A stretch of 64,000 bases of DNA, from the NCBI GenBank assembly GCA_965247115.1, contig CBDFGR010000002.1:448001-512000 (forward strand). Reading direction: 5' to 3'. This document shows, one piece after another, positions 56,350 to 64,000 of the stretch; position 1 is the first letter of the stretch; every line of letters starts with the position of its first letter. The DNA is from Myxococcota bacterium (GTDB lineage Bacteria > Myxococcota_A > UBA9160 > SZUA-336). Below the pieces are notes generated by a model. It did not search any database and was not told the origin of the DNA. It saw nothing but the letters and a program-made list of their open reading frames with translations. A program made the translations under genes and the position numbers.

Positions 56350-57626
56350 GCAGGCTGCTGAAAAACTCCTCATCGAAGGGTACCTTGGGAGCGAGCCCCA
56401 AAGGGGGAGGCGTGAGAGGACAGGGGACGCTTCAGGGCGGGATGTTCAGCTACGTGTCGCTGGAGTCGCGGATTCCGGATGATCATCCGCTTCGAGCGAT
56501 GCGGCGCATGGTCGACACGGCGCTGCAGCGGCTATCGCCGCGCTTCGACGCGATCTACGCCAGAGGCGTAGGGCGCCCGTCCGTGCCCCCGGAGCAGCTG
56601 CTGCGCGCCCTGCTGCTGCAGGTGCTCTACACCATCCGGAGCGAGCGGCAGCTGGTGGAGCAGCTGGAGTACAACCTGCTGTATCGCTGGTTCGTGGGTC
56701 TGGAGCTTGACGAGGTGGTGTTCAGCGCCACGGTGTTCACGAAGAACCGAGACCGGCTGCTCAAGGGCGAGATTGCCGAGCACTTCTTCGACGCAGTGCT
56801 GGAGCAGGCCGAGACCGAGGGATGGGTGTCGTTGGAGCACTTCACGGTAGACGGGACGCTGATCGAGGCGTGGGCGAGCCAGAAGAGCTTCGTACGGAAG
56901 GACGAGGAACGGAGAGACGACGATGACCCGGGCAACCCGACGGTGAACTTCCGAGGCGAGAAGCGGAGCAACCAGACGCATGCGTCGACGACGGATCCCG
57001 ACGCACGACTCGCCGGTATGAGAGGCCAAGGCGCCCGACTCGCGTACCAGGGACACGTGGTGACGGAGAACCGGAACGGCTTGGTGGTCGCGGCGAAGCT
57101 CACGCAGGCGTCGGGATATGCGGAGCGCGAAGCGGCGCTCGAGATGGTGGAAGGTCTGGGAGGCGGGCGTCGGAGGACATTGGGCGGAGACAAGGGCTTC
57201 GACACGAAGGGGTTCGTGGAAGAGCTTCGAGAGTTGGGCGTGACCCCACACGTGGCGCAGAACACGACGAATCGACGCAGCGCGATCGACGGGCGGACGA
57301 CGCGCCACCGGGGCTACGAACTGAGTCAGCGTTTTCGCAAACGGGTGGAAGAGGTCTTCGGCTGGATGAAGACCGTGGGGCTGATGCGCAAGACCCGACA
57401 CCGCGGCACGGATCGGGTCGGCTGGGTCTTCACCTTCACGGCCGCAGCCTACAACCTGATCCGGATCCGCAAGCTGCTGGAGGCCACGTAGGTCATGTGC
57501 GAAACCGCCCCGCGATCAGCGGAGCCCAAGACCGGTTCGAACCGGGAATCGCGCCCCGCCCCTCGGCCGGTGAACCCCCTCGTCGGAAGGACCACCCCTC
57601 AACCAGTCACTTTCTCCGCAGCCTGC
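56350..57626 (+). mobile_element. IS5-family insertion sequence, copy 2 (1277 bp)
   Basis: Same TIRs and sequence as 7706-8982, inverted orientation; TA (within CTAG) on both flanks. Confidence 0.95.
56412..57491 (+). CDS. IS5-family DDE transposase
   Basis: Protein identical to copy 1. Confidence 0.95.
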   Translation: MRGQGTLQGGMFSYVSLESRIPDDHPLRAMRRMVDTALQRLSPRFDAIYARGVGRPSVPPEQLLRALLLQVLYTIRSERQLVEQLEYNLLYRWFVGLELDEVVFSATVFTKNRDRLLKGEIAEHFFDAVLEQAETEGWVSLEHFTVDGTLIEAWASQKSFVRKDEERRDDDDPGNPTVNFRGEKRSNQTHASTTDPDARLAGMRGQGARLAYQGHVVTENRNGLVVAAKLTQASGYAEREAALEMVEGLGGGRRRTLGGDKGFDTKGFVEELRELGVTPHVAQNTTNRRSAIDGRTTRHRGYELSQRFRKRVEEVFGWMKTVGLMRKTRHRGTDRVGWVFTFTAAAYNLIRIRKLLEAT

Positions 57627-58288
57627 TAGGCCCGAAGTCAGGTCAACGGTGCGAAAGCTCCCTGAGGCCAGGACAGCCGGCGTCGCATCTTCCCCTCATC
57701 GGGCAATGCCAATCGTGTCGCCTCGCTCACCACGCCCCAGGTGCCCTGCGCCTGAACCACTCGGAGAGAAACGGTTCAAGATCCAGTTCACGGCAAGCGG
57801 CGCACTGTGCGAGAAGCTTCGAGAGGTCCAAGCCTTGCTCCGGCATCAGATTCCTGACGGAGAACTGGCGGCGATCTTCGACCGGGCACTCACCCTGCTG
57901 CGTGAGGAGACGAGGCGAAAGAAGTTTGCTGAGACGTCCAAGCCTCGGGGTCCGTCGACGAAAGCGGTCCGGAAGAAGGGTGCGTCGCGACACATTCCCG
58001 CGGAGATCAGGAGAGCCGTTGCCGCGAGAGACAGTGGGCAGTGTGCCTTCGTGAGCGAGAGCGGACGTCGGTGCCGGTCAGCGAACCTTCTGGAATATCA
58101 TCACGTCGAGCCGTGGGCGAGATCCCGGTGTCACTCGATCTCGGGGATCGAGCTGCGTTGCCATGAACACAACCAGCACGCTGCAGAGCGGGACTTCGGA
58201 GTTGCTCACGTGGCACGCTTTCGAAAGCAAAGCAGTGAGCCGCTTTGCAACTCTCCCCGGCAAGAGTCCGAGCGCGGGAGCCCAGACC

Positions 58289-59026
58289 CTACCAGCTCTC
58301 CTTGAAGGGGCGCACGTCCAGCTCTTGGGACCAGGAGCTGCGGTGTTGCTTGTGAAGGTGCCAGTAAGTGTCGGCGATCGCGTCGATGTCGAGCATGCCG
58401 TCCACGCCTTTCTGTTCCTCGTACTCTGGTGCTCGCTTCAAGATCTTGTCGCCTCGGATGCCGCCGTCGATGATGACGTGCGCAACGTGGATGCCTTCGG
58501 GGCCGAAGTCTCGCGCCATGGTCTGCGCCAGCGAGCGGAGCCCGGCCTTCGCCGAGGCGAAGGCGCCGAAGGGCGGTCGACCCCGGATCGAGGCGGTCGC
58601 GCCCGTGAACAGGATCGTGCCGGTGCCGTTCGGCAGCATGCGTCGCGCGGCCTCCGTGCCGACAAGAAAGCCGCCGAGACAGCCTACGCGCCACGCGCTC
58701 TCGAAGATCTGAGCATCCATCTCGCGCAGGCTTCCCCACTGGCCGCTGCCAGCGTTGTAGACGACCAGGTCCAGCGGACCGCTACCCCCCGCGTCGACGC
58801 TGTCGAAGAGCCGCAGCACGTCCGCCTCGTGCGTGGCGTCCGCCGTGACGGGAGTGGCCTCCCCGCCAGCAGCCATGATGGTCTCCGCGAGCCCCTCCAG
58901 CTGCTGCTTGGTGCGTCCCGCGGCAAAGACGTGGTGTCCCTCACGCGCGAAGCGCTGACACAGGGCGGCGCCGAGCCCGGCCTCCGGACCCACCCCTACG
59001 ACAACCGCCTTCTTCCGGTCACTCAT
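58289..59026 (-). CDS. Short-chain dehydrogenase/reductase
   Basis: GVG...GLG, YNAG, TGATAS.RG, FASAK. Confidence 0.92.
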   Translation of the reverse strand: MSDRKKAVVVGVGPEAGLGAALCQRFAREGHHVFAAGRTKQQLEGLAETIMAAGGEATPVTADATHEADVLRLFDSVDAGGSGPLDLVVYNAGSGQWGSLREMDAQIFESAWRVGCLGGFLVGTEAARRMLPNGTGTILFTGATASIRGRPPFGAFASAKAGLRSLAQTMARDFGPEGIHVAHVIIDGGIRGDKILKRAPEYEEQKGVDGMLDIDAIADTYWHLHKQHRSSWSQELDVRPFKESW

Positions 59027-59049
59027 GCCTGGTCCTCCATAGGCGAATT

Positions 59050-60756
59050 CTATCCCGCCAGAGGCGCCAGGCGTGCAATCTCCCGCTCCAGGATCCGGCG
59101 CGTGATCGCGATGGCGCAGGCGTAGGTGGACTCCACGCCGAACGCGCCGAGGCTCTTCGAGAGCAACGATTGACGCCGACTGTACGGCGTGTCCGAGGCG
59201 TAGTGGAGGACCCCGATGTCGAAGCTGCCCCGCTCATCGAGGCTCACGATCTGGTCGTTCGGGTGTCGGCGCGGGTCGACCAGCTCGTAGATCGCCGACA
59301 TGTAGGGCCCGGCCTCCATTTCCAGCACGGTGTAGCCCTCGCGGTAGAAGACTCCCATGTAGTTCGGATTCTGCAGGAAGGCTCCGCGCACGGTAACGGC
59401 CTTCTGGTTGTCGAGCACGCTCGCGCGCTCCATGTACGGGATCAGATCGTCTGCGACGAACGCGTTGCGCAGCATGTACGTGTTGTCGGAGTGCTCGTCG
59501 TGTACGACCCGCGAGATCAGGACGTCACCGACCTGCCCGTTGAGCGTGGCCGCCTTGCCCATCACGTACACGCCCAGCAGCGGACTCACGCAGCGCCCCA
59601 CCTGAGAGAGCAGGTGATACGCCGCCATGCCGAGCGGGTAGTCGATGTTGATGATGCGGGCATCGCTCCGCCGCAGCGTCTCGAGTCCTGGTAGGGATAG
59701 CCGCGGGTCCATGCGCTCCGGCCGCAGCCGGCCGAGCTCGATCACCTGGGCAGCCACGTCCACATGGGCGCGGTTCTCGACCGAGCAGATCCCGGAATCC
59801 CGATCCCAGGTCTGAACTTCTCGTAGCGCGTCGGGCTTCCCCTCCAGGTGCGTGCGCAACGCGAAGTAGAGCAGGTTCGGAGTCGCGCCCGAATCCGCCC
59901 CGAGCTCGAACGGGTCCAGCCCGGCGGGGTACTTGCGCCGCAGCGTCTCGAGCGGCTCCTCGCGATGCGCGAGCCCGTATCCTCCGAGCAGGTTCGCCAG
60001 CGAATGCGTGTTCGACGATACGAAGTAGACCGGCTGCTGGCGCGCCGCTCCCGACGGGAAGCCTGCGCCCTCCACCTCCTCCCACCACATCTCCGCAGCC
60101 CGCTGGTACTCGGAGAAGGAGCCGGTCAGCAGACGTACGCGCAGGTCCAGGGGTCGCGTGGCCAGGGCGCGTAGGCAGTCCACCCAGCCCGCGCCGAGCG
60201 CCTCGCGCAGACGCTCGGCGTCGGACTCCGAAACGCGCAACGCGGCCGCCAGGTCGACGCCCTTGCAAAGCGGATCATCATCTCCCGAGAGCCGACGGCT
60301 CACTCCGCCTTCCACCAGCAGCGCGTGCATCTTGTTCCACTCGAGCTGGTACGCGGTGATGATCGGCAGGAGATCGTCGATGTCCGACGCGCTCGCGATG
60401 TAAGCTGCCAGCGTCCCGCTGCCGTCATGGCGCAGCCGCCTGCGTCGCCCACGGGTGTGGAGCAACTCCCAGGCACTCACGTCGTAGCCGAAGCTCTCGA
60501 AGGTCTGGTCGGACTGCCCGAGGACCACCCGCTGTACGCTCGGCATGGACTCGGGCAGCCGTCCGGCGGCGTACCCGAAGGCCGCGATGTCGGGCAGGGG
60601 CTCTCGCGCTCCGGCATGCAGGCTCGCGTTGCTGAATGAGTGCGCCTCTTCGAAAGAGCGGACGCGCACCTCGCCGCTGCTGCGCAAGAGCGAGTAATAG
60701 GTGCGGATGTAGAGGTCGATCTCGTTGCTGATCGTGTCCGGCTTCTGACGCTCCAT
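59050..60756 (-). CDS. Conserved hypothetical protein (DUF6909-like) with nucleoside-phosphorylase-like C-terminus
   Basis: LYIRTYYSLL, NIDYPLG, MGKAA, EMEAGP, YASD motifs. Confidence 0.7.
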   Translation of the reverse strand: MERQKPDTISNEIDLYIRTYYSLLRSSGEVRVRSFEEAHSFSNASLHAGAREPLPDIAAFGYAAGRLPESMPSVQRVVLGQSDQTFESFGYDVSAWELLHTRGRRRRLRHDGSGTLAAYIASASDIDDLLPIITAYQLEWNKMHALLVEGGVSRRLSGDDDPLCKGVDLAAALRVSESDAERLREALGAGWVDCLRALATRPLDLRVRLLTGSFSEYQRAAEMWWEEVEGAGFPSGAARQQPVYFVSSNTHSLANLLGGYGLAHREEPLETLRRKYPAGLDPFELGADSGATPNLLYFALRTHLEGKPDALREVQTWDRDSGICSVENRAHVDVAAQVIELGRLRPERMDPRLSLPGLETLRRSDARIINIDYPLGMAAYHLLSQVGRCVSPLLGVYVMGKAATLNGQVGDVLISRVVHDEHSDNTYMLRNAFVADDLIPYMERASVLDNQKAVTVRGAFLQNPNYMGVFYREGYTVLEMEAGPYMSAIYELVDPRRHPNDQIVSLDERGSFDIGVLHYASDTPYSRRQSLLSKSLGAFGVESTYACAIAITRRILEREIARLAPLAG

Positions 60757-60897
60757 CTACGGCGGGAAGATAGTGCACTGGCCAGGTCGAGCCCGGCCGC
60801 GGCCCGCTCGAGCCGACGACGCCAGCGTCCGGGCTTCGTCGGCAGGCGGACTTGCCGCCACATCCGGCCTACTCGCTTCCCGTATGATCTCGGCAGC

Positions 60898-62784
60898 GTG
60901 ACAGAAGCCTCCAAGCCACAGTTCGGCGTGGTCCTGGCGCGGAACGTGGGCATGCACGCCCACGACGGCGTTTGGCTGGCGACGGACGTCTGGCGCCCCG
61001 CGAACGAGGGGGAGCCGCTCCCAGGGCCGTTCCCTGCCGTGCTCGTACGCACGCCATACAACCGCACCGCGATGCTCGAAGCCGGGGAGTTCTGGGCCCG
61101 CCACGGCTATCTGGCGGTCTTTCAGGATTGCCGCGGACGCTTCGGCTCCGGCGGCCGCTTCAACCTGCTGGTGGACGAGGGACCCGACGGCTATGACGCC
61201 GTCGAGTGGATCGCCGAGCTCCCCTACTGCAACGGCCAGGTTGGTACCTACGGCACGTCGTACCTGGCCTGGGCTCAGAGCGCGCTGGCTCTGGAACGCC
61301 CGCCGCACCTGCGTGCGATGTGGGTGCACCAGGGCGGCTCCAACGGAAACACCTCCTCGCTGCGTCACAACGGAGCTCTCGAGCTGCGCTGGCTCACGTG
61401 GGCGGTCAGCCACGGGGCTGTCTCTCCCGAGGCGCAGCGCGATTCATCCCTCGCCGCGGAGCTCGTCGCGAATACCGAAGAAATGTACGAGTGGCTGTGC
61501 AGGCTGCCCTGGCGCGAGGGGAACAGTCCGCTCGCGCAGCTCCCGGACTACGAGCGGTGGGCGCGCCAGCTCTACGAGCACGGCGACGCCGACGAGTACT
61601 GGCTGCAACGCGGACTGAACTTCGAGGTTCATCACCAGAGCAGCGCCGACGTGCCGACCATGTATTCGGGCGGCTGGTACGACTCCTACACGCGCGCTAC
61701 GACGAACATGTACGCGCTGCACAGCGCACGGATCGAGAACCAGCGGCTGCTGATGGGTCCCTGGACCCATGGCGACGTACCGCTCGACCGCACCTGGGCG
61801 GGCGAGGTCGACCTCGGGGACCGGGCTCCGGTACCCGGGAACCTGGCGCCGAGTCAGCTGGAGCTCAAGCTGCGCTGGTTCGACCACTGGCTGCGCGGGG
61901 TGGACACCGGCATCGCCGAAGAGGCACCGGTGAAGATCTTCGTGATGGGCGGAGGCGCTGGCAAGCCAACGGCCGAGGGCCGCCTCCTGCACGGGGGCCG
62001 CTGGCGCGATGAGGCGGCCTGGCCGTTGGCGAGAGCGGTTGCGACCCCGTTCTACCTGCAAGCGAAGGGCCGGCTCGGCGAGCAGCCTGCAAAGGCAGCG
62101 GAGGCCGCAGCCGAGACGTTCCGCTTCGATCCCGAGCGCCCGCTCCCAACGATCTCCGCCAACACGTCGTCACTGAACGAGATCGTGCCCACGCCGGCAC
62201 GCGTGGAACTCGCCACTCCGCTCTCCCTGATGCGCGTCCAGGTAATCCAGGGCGGCGCCGATCAACGCACGCGCCCGGACCTGCACGGCTGCGAGCCGCC
62301 CTTCGGTCCGCTCGAAGAGCGCCAGGATGTGCTCGGCTTCGCCACGGATCCGCTCGAAGCCGACATGGAGGTGACCGGGCCGGTCGAGGCTTGCCTGTAC
62401 CTGTCCTCCGACGCCCCCGACACCGACCTGTTCGTCATGCTGCAGGACCTGTATCCGCCGAGCGAGACGTGGCCCGAGGGCTATCGACTCAACGTTGCCG
62501 ACGGGATCATGCGGGTGCGCTATCGCGCGGGAATGGACCAGCCGCGCCTGCTGCGCGCGGACGAGATTGTCGAGGTGCGCTTCCCCCTCTACCCCACGAG
62601 CAACCTCTTCGTCGCCGGACACCGCATCCAGGTGCTGGTGAGCTCCGCGTCGTTTCCACGCTTCGACGTCAACCCGAACACGGGCGAGCCGCTCGGGCGA
62701 CACACGCACATGCGTGTCGCGAGCAACACGATCCATCACTCCACCGAGCACCCCTCGCGCATCATCCTGCCGCTCGTTCCGTGA
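60898..62784 (+). CDS. CocE/NonD family hydrolase
   Basis: RTPY, QDCRG, GTSY nucleophile, GGWYD, GPWTH, FPRFDVNPNTG. Confidence 0.92.
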   Translation: MTEASKPQFGVVLARNVGMHAHDGVWLATDVWRPANEGEPLPGPFPAVLVRTPYNRTAMLEAGEFWARHGYLAVFQDCRGRFGSGGRFNLLVDEGPDGYDAVEWIAELPYCNGQVGTYGTSYLAWAQSALALERPPHLRAMWVHQGGSNGNTSSLRHNGALELRWLTWAVSHGAVSPEAQRDSSLAAELVANTEEMYEWLCRLPWREGNSPLAQLPDYERWARQLYEHGDADEYWLQRGLNFEVHHQSSADVPTMYSGGWYDSYTRATTNMYALHSARIENQRLLMGPWTHGDVPLDRTWAGEVDLGDRAPVPGNLAPSQLELKLRWFDHWLRGVDTGIAEEAPVKIFVMGGGAGKPTAEGRLLHGGRWRDEAAWPLARAVATPFYLQAKGRLGEQPAKAAEAAAETFRFDPERPLPTISANTSSLNEIVPTPARVELATPLSLMRVQVIQGGADQRTRPDLHGCEPPFGPLEERQDVLGFATDPLEADMEVTGPVEACLYLSSDAPDTDLFVMLQDLYPPSETWPEGYRLNVADGIMRVRYRAGMDQPRLLRADEIVEVRFPLYPTSNLFVAGHRIQVLVSSASFPRFDVNPNTGEPLGRHTHMRVASNTIHHSTEHPSRIILPLVP

Positions 62785-62888
62785 CCGGCTCCGCGCTCGA
62801 CGACGCCTCGCGAAGGCGCGCAGCGCGCTTTACAAGCGAGTCCGTCCCTCGGCAAACCAGCCGGTAGAATCCGCCAGAGGATCTCTCC

Positions 62889-64000
62889 TTGCAGCGCTCC
62901 GACCCACCTGGCCAGGTCTCCGCTCGCGCAGGCGCGACCACCCCTGCCGAATCCGCGAACGCACTCAGCTATCCGGGCTACCGCCGCTTCTGGTTCGCCG
63001 CCATGGCGCACGTCTTCGCCATGCAGTTCCGCTTCATCGGGTCCGGCTGGCTCGTGCACGAGCTGACCGACTCGGCTTTCTGGCTCGGTGTCCCCGGCAT
63101 CATCTCCGCGCTGGTGACGGTGGTGCTCATGCTGCCGGCGGGAGCGCTCGCGGACCGCGTCGACAACCAGCAGCTCCTCGCGCTCGGCCGGGCCCTCACG
63201 GGGATCGCGCACTTCGCCCTCGGGCTCCTCACGCTCACGGGAGTGGTCGAGGTCTGGATGGTGCTCGTCTGGGCTGCGGTCACGGGAGCGCTCGGAGCTT
63301 TGACGACCCCCGCTCAGAACGCGCTGCTCCCCCGACTGGTCGAGCGTAGCGCCATGGCGAGCGCGGTCGCTCTGAACGGTGCGATCTGGAGCGGGATGCG
63401 TATCATCGGTCCCGCGCTTGCCGGTCTCGTGATCGCCCTGGTCGGCATCGGTCAGGCGTTCTTGGTGACCGCGGCCGGCTTCGCACTCTCGACGTACCTC
63501 GTCGCCACGCTCCGGCTCGCGCCACTCGAGCGCGTGGGTGGGATGACCGACTCCGGGATCTTCGCCGGTCTGCGCTACATCGGACGGAACCAGATCTTCC
63601 TCGCGACGATCGGCCTGTCCTTTCTCACCTCGATCTTCGGCAGCTCCTACGTCGTGCTCCTGCCGATCTTTGCCGACGACATCCTGCATGCGGGCGTGCG
63701 GGGCTTCGGCTACCTCGAAGCGGCTGCCGGAGTCGGCGCGCTGCTGGGCACGCTGGCGATCGTCCGCATCCCGGTGGGCCGGCACGCGGGCGCGGTGATG
63801 GTCGGGGCCGCGGGACTCTTTGGCCTCTGGATCGCCGGCTTCGCGGCCAGCACGACGCTCACGCTATCGATGGCCCTTCTGTTTGCCGGCGGCTTCTTCT
63901 CAGCGATGTATCTGAACCTCGGCATGACGACGCTCCAGCTTCTCGTCCCGGGTGAGCTGCGCGGTCGGGTCATGAGCGTCTGGGGGCTCACCTGGTTCCT
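62889..64000 (+). CDS. MFS transporter (runs off window end; not in ORF track)
   Basis: YRRFW, GWLVHELTDS, GALADR, IGPALAG, LRGRVMS; TTG start with GAGGA RBS. Confidence 0.9.
   Translation, partial: MQRSDPPGQVSARAGATTPAESANALSYPGYRRFWFAAMAHVFAMQFRFIGSGWLVHELTDSAFWLGVPGIISALVTVVLMLPAGALADRVDNQQLLALGRALTGIAHFALGLLTLTGVVEVWMVLVWAAVTGALGALTTPAQNALLPRLVERSAMASAVALNGAIWSGMRIIGPALAGLVIALVGIGQAFLVTAAGFALSTYLVATLRLAPLERVGGMTDSGIFAGLRYIGRNQIFLATIGLSFLTSIFGSSYVVLLPIFADDILHAGVRGFGYLEAAAGVGALLGTLAIVRIPVGRHAGAVMVGAAGLFGLWIAGFAASTTLTLSMALLFAGGFFSAMYLNLGMTTLQLLVPGELRGRVMSVWGLTWF

Larger units (their letters stand above)
55662..58281 (+). mobile_element. Candidate HNH-encoding element bounded by palindromic inverted repeats
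   Basis: ACTCTTCCCGGGGAGAGT (55677-55694) vs reverse complement of 58250-58267, 17/18 identical. Confidence 0.6.
55947..58305 (+). pseudogene. DUF222-like/HNH endonuclease interrupted by IS5
   Basis: AHLGEVDSRRLY...SMFKYC N-terminus; C-terminal RDSGQCAF...LEYHH.EPW...LRCHEHN; removing the IS gives in-frame APRPEVRSTVRKLP. Confidence 0.85.

Noticed and set aside
55947..58305. IscB/Cas9-like RNA-guided nuclease
   Set aside because: No RuvC motifs or PLMP N-terminus visible; only a C-terminal HNH.
502..63991. Numerous long overlapping Arg/Ala/Pro-rich ORFs in the track
   Set aside because: Typical shadow ORFs of high-GC coding DNA with no recognisable motifs, overlapping better-supported genes.

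Overview
This is a GC-rich bacterial window. Its gene content (Ser/Thr kinases with FHA, VKOR-DsbA fusion, F420-type LLM enzyme, DUF222-like/HNH gene) suggests a Myxococcota-like organism; that is inference only. It holds xseAB, a DinG/XPD helicase, dusB and a decayed kinase split by an IS5-family element. A near-complete MSHA-type type IV pilus operon (mshI-mshP, with mshM fused to mshN) is flanked by a PilZ/GGDEF/beta-barrel module and a glycosylation-type cluster. Further on are a divergent nitroreductase/thiolase/CoA-ligase catabolic cluster, lutABC, an orphan valS 3' fragment, and an HNH gene interrupted by a second, apparently identical IS5 copy. The strongest unexplained signals are: (1) a sigma28-like promoter motif (T[C/A]AAG-N15-GNCGA-like) recurring with 15-bp spacing before about 11 genes, tying pilus, c-di-GMP, kinase and glycosylation genes into a putative regulon; (2) palindromic terminal inverted repeats (17/18 identical) bounding the HNH gene, defining a candidate mobile element; (3) a dispersed ~110-bp structured repeat with compensatory changes and a separate 105-bp multi-hairpin element; (4) an uncalled 40-aa membrane microprotein unit with a perfect CRP-type site and a terminator. 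No rRNA, tRNA or CRISPR array was seen. All calls come from reading the sequence; no database searches were run.
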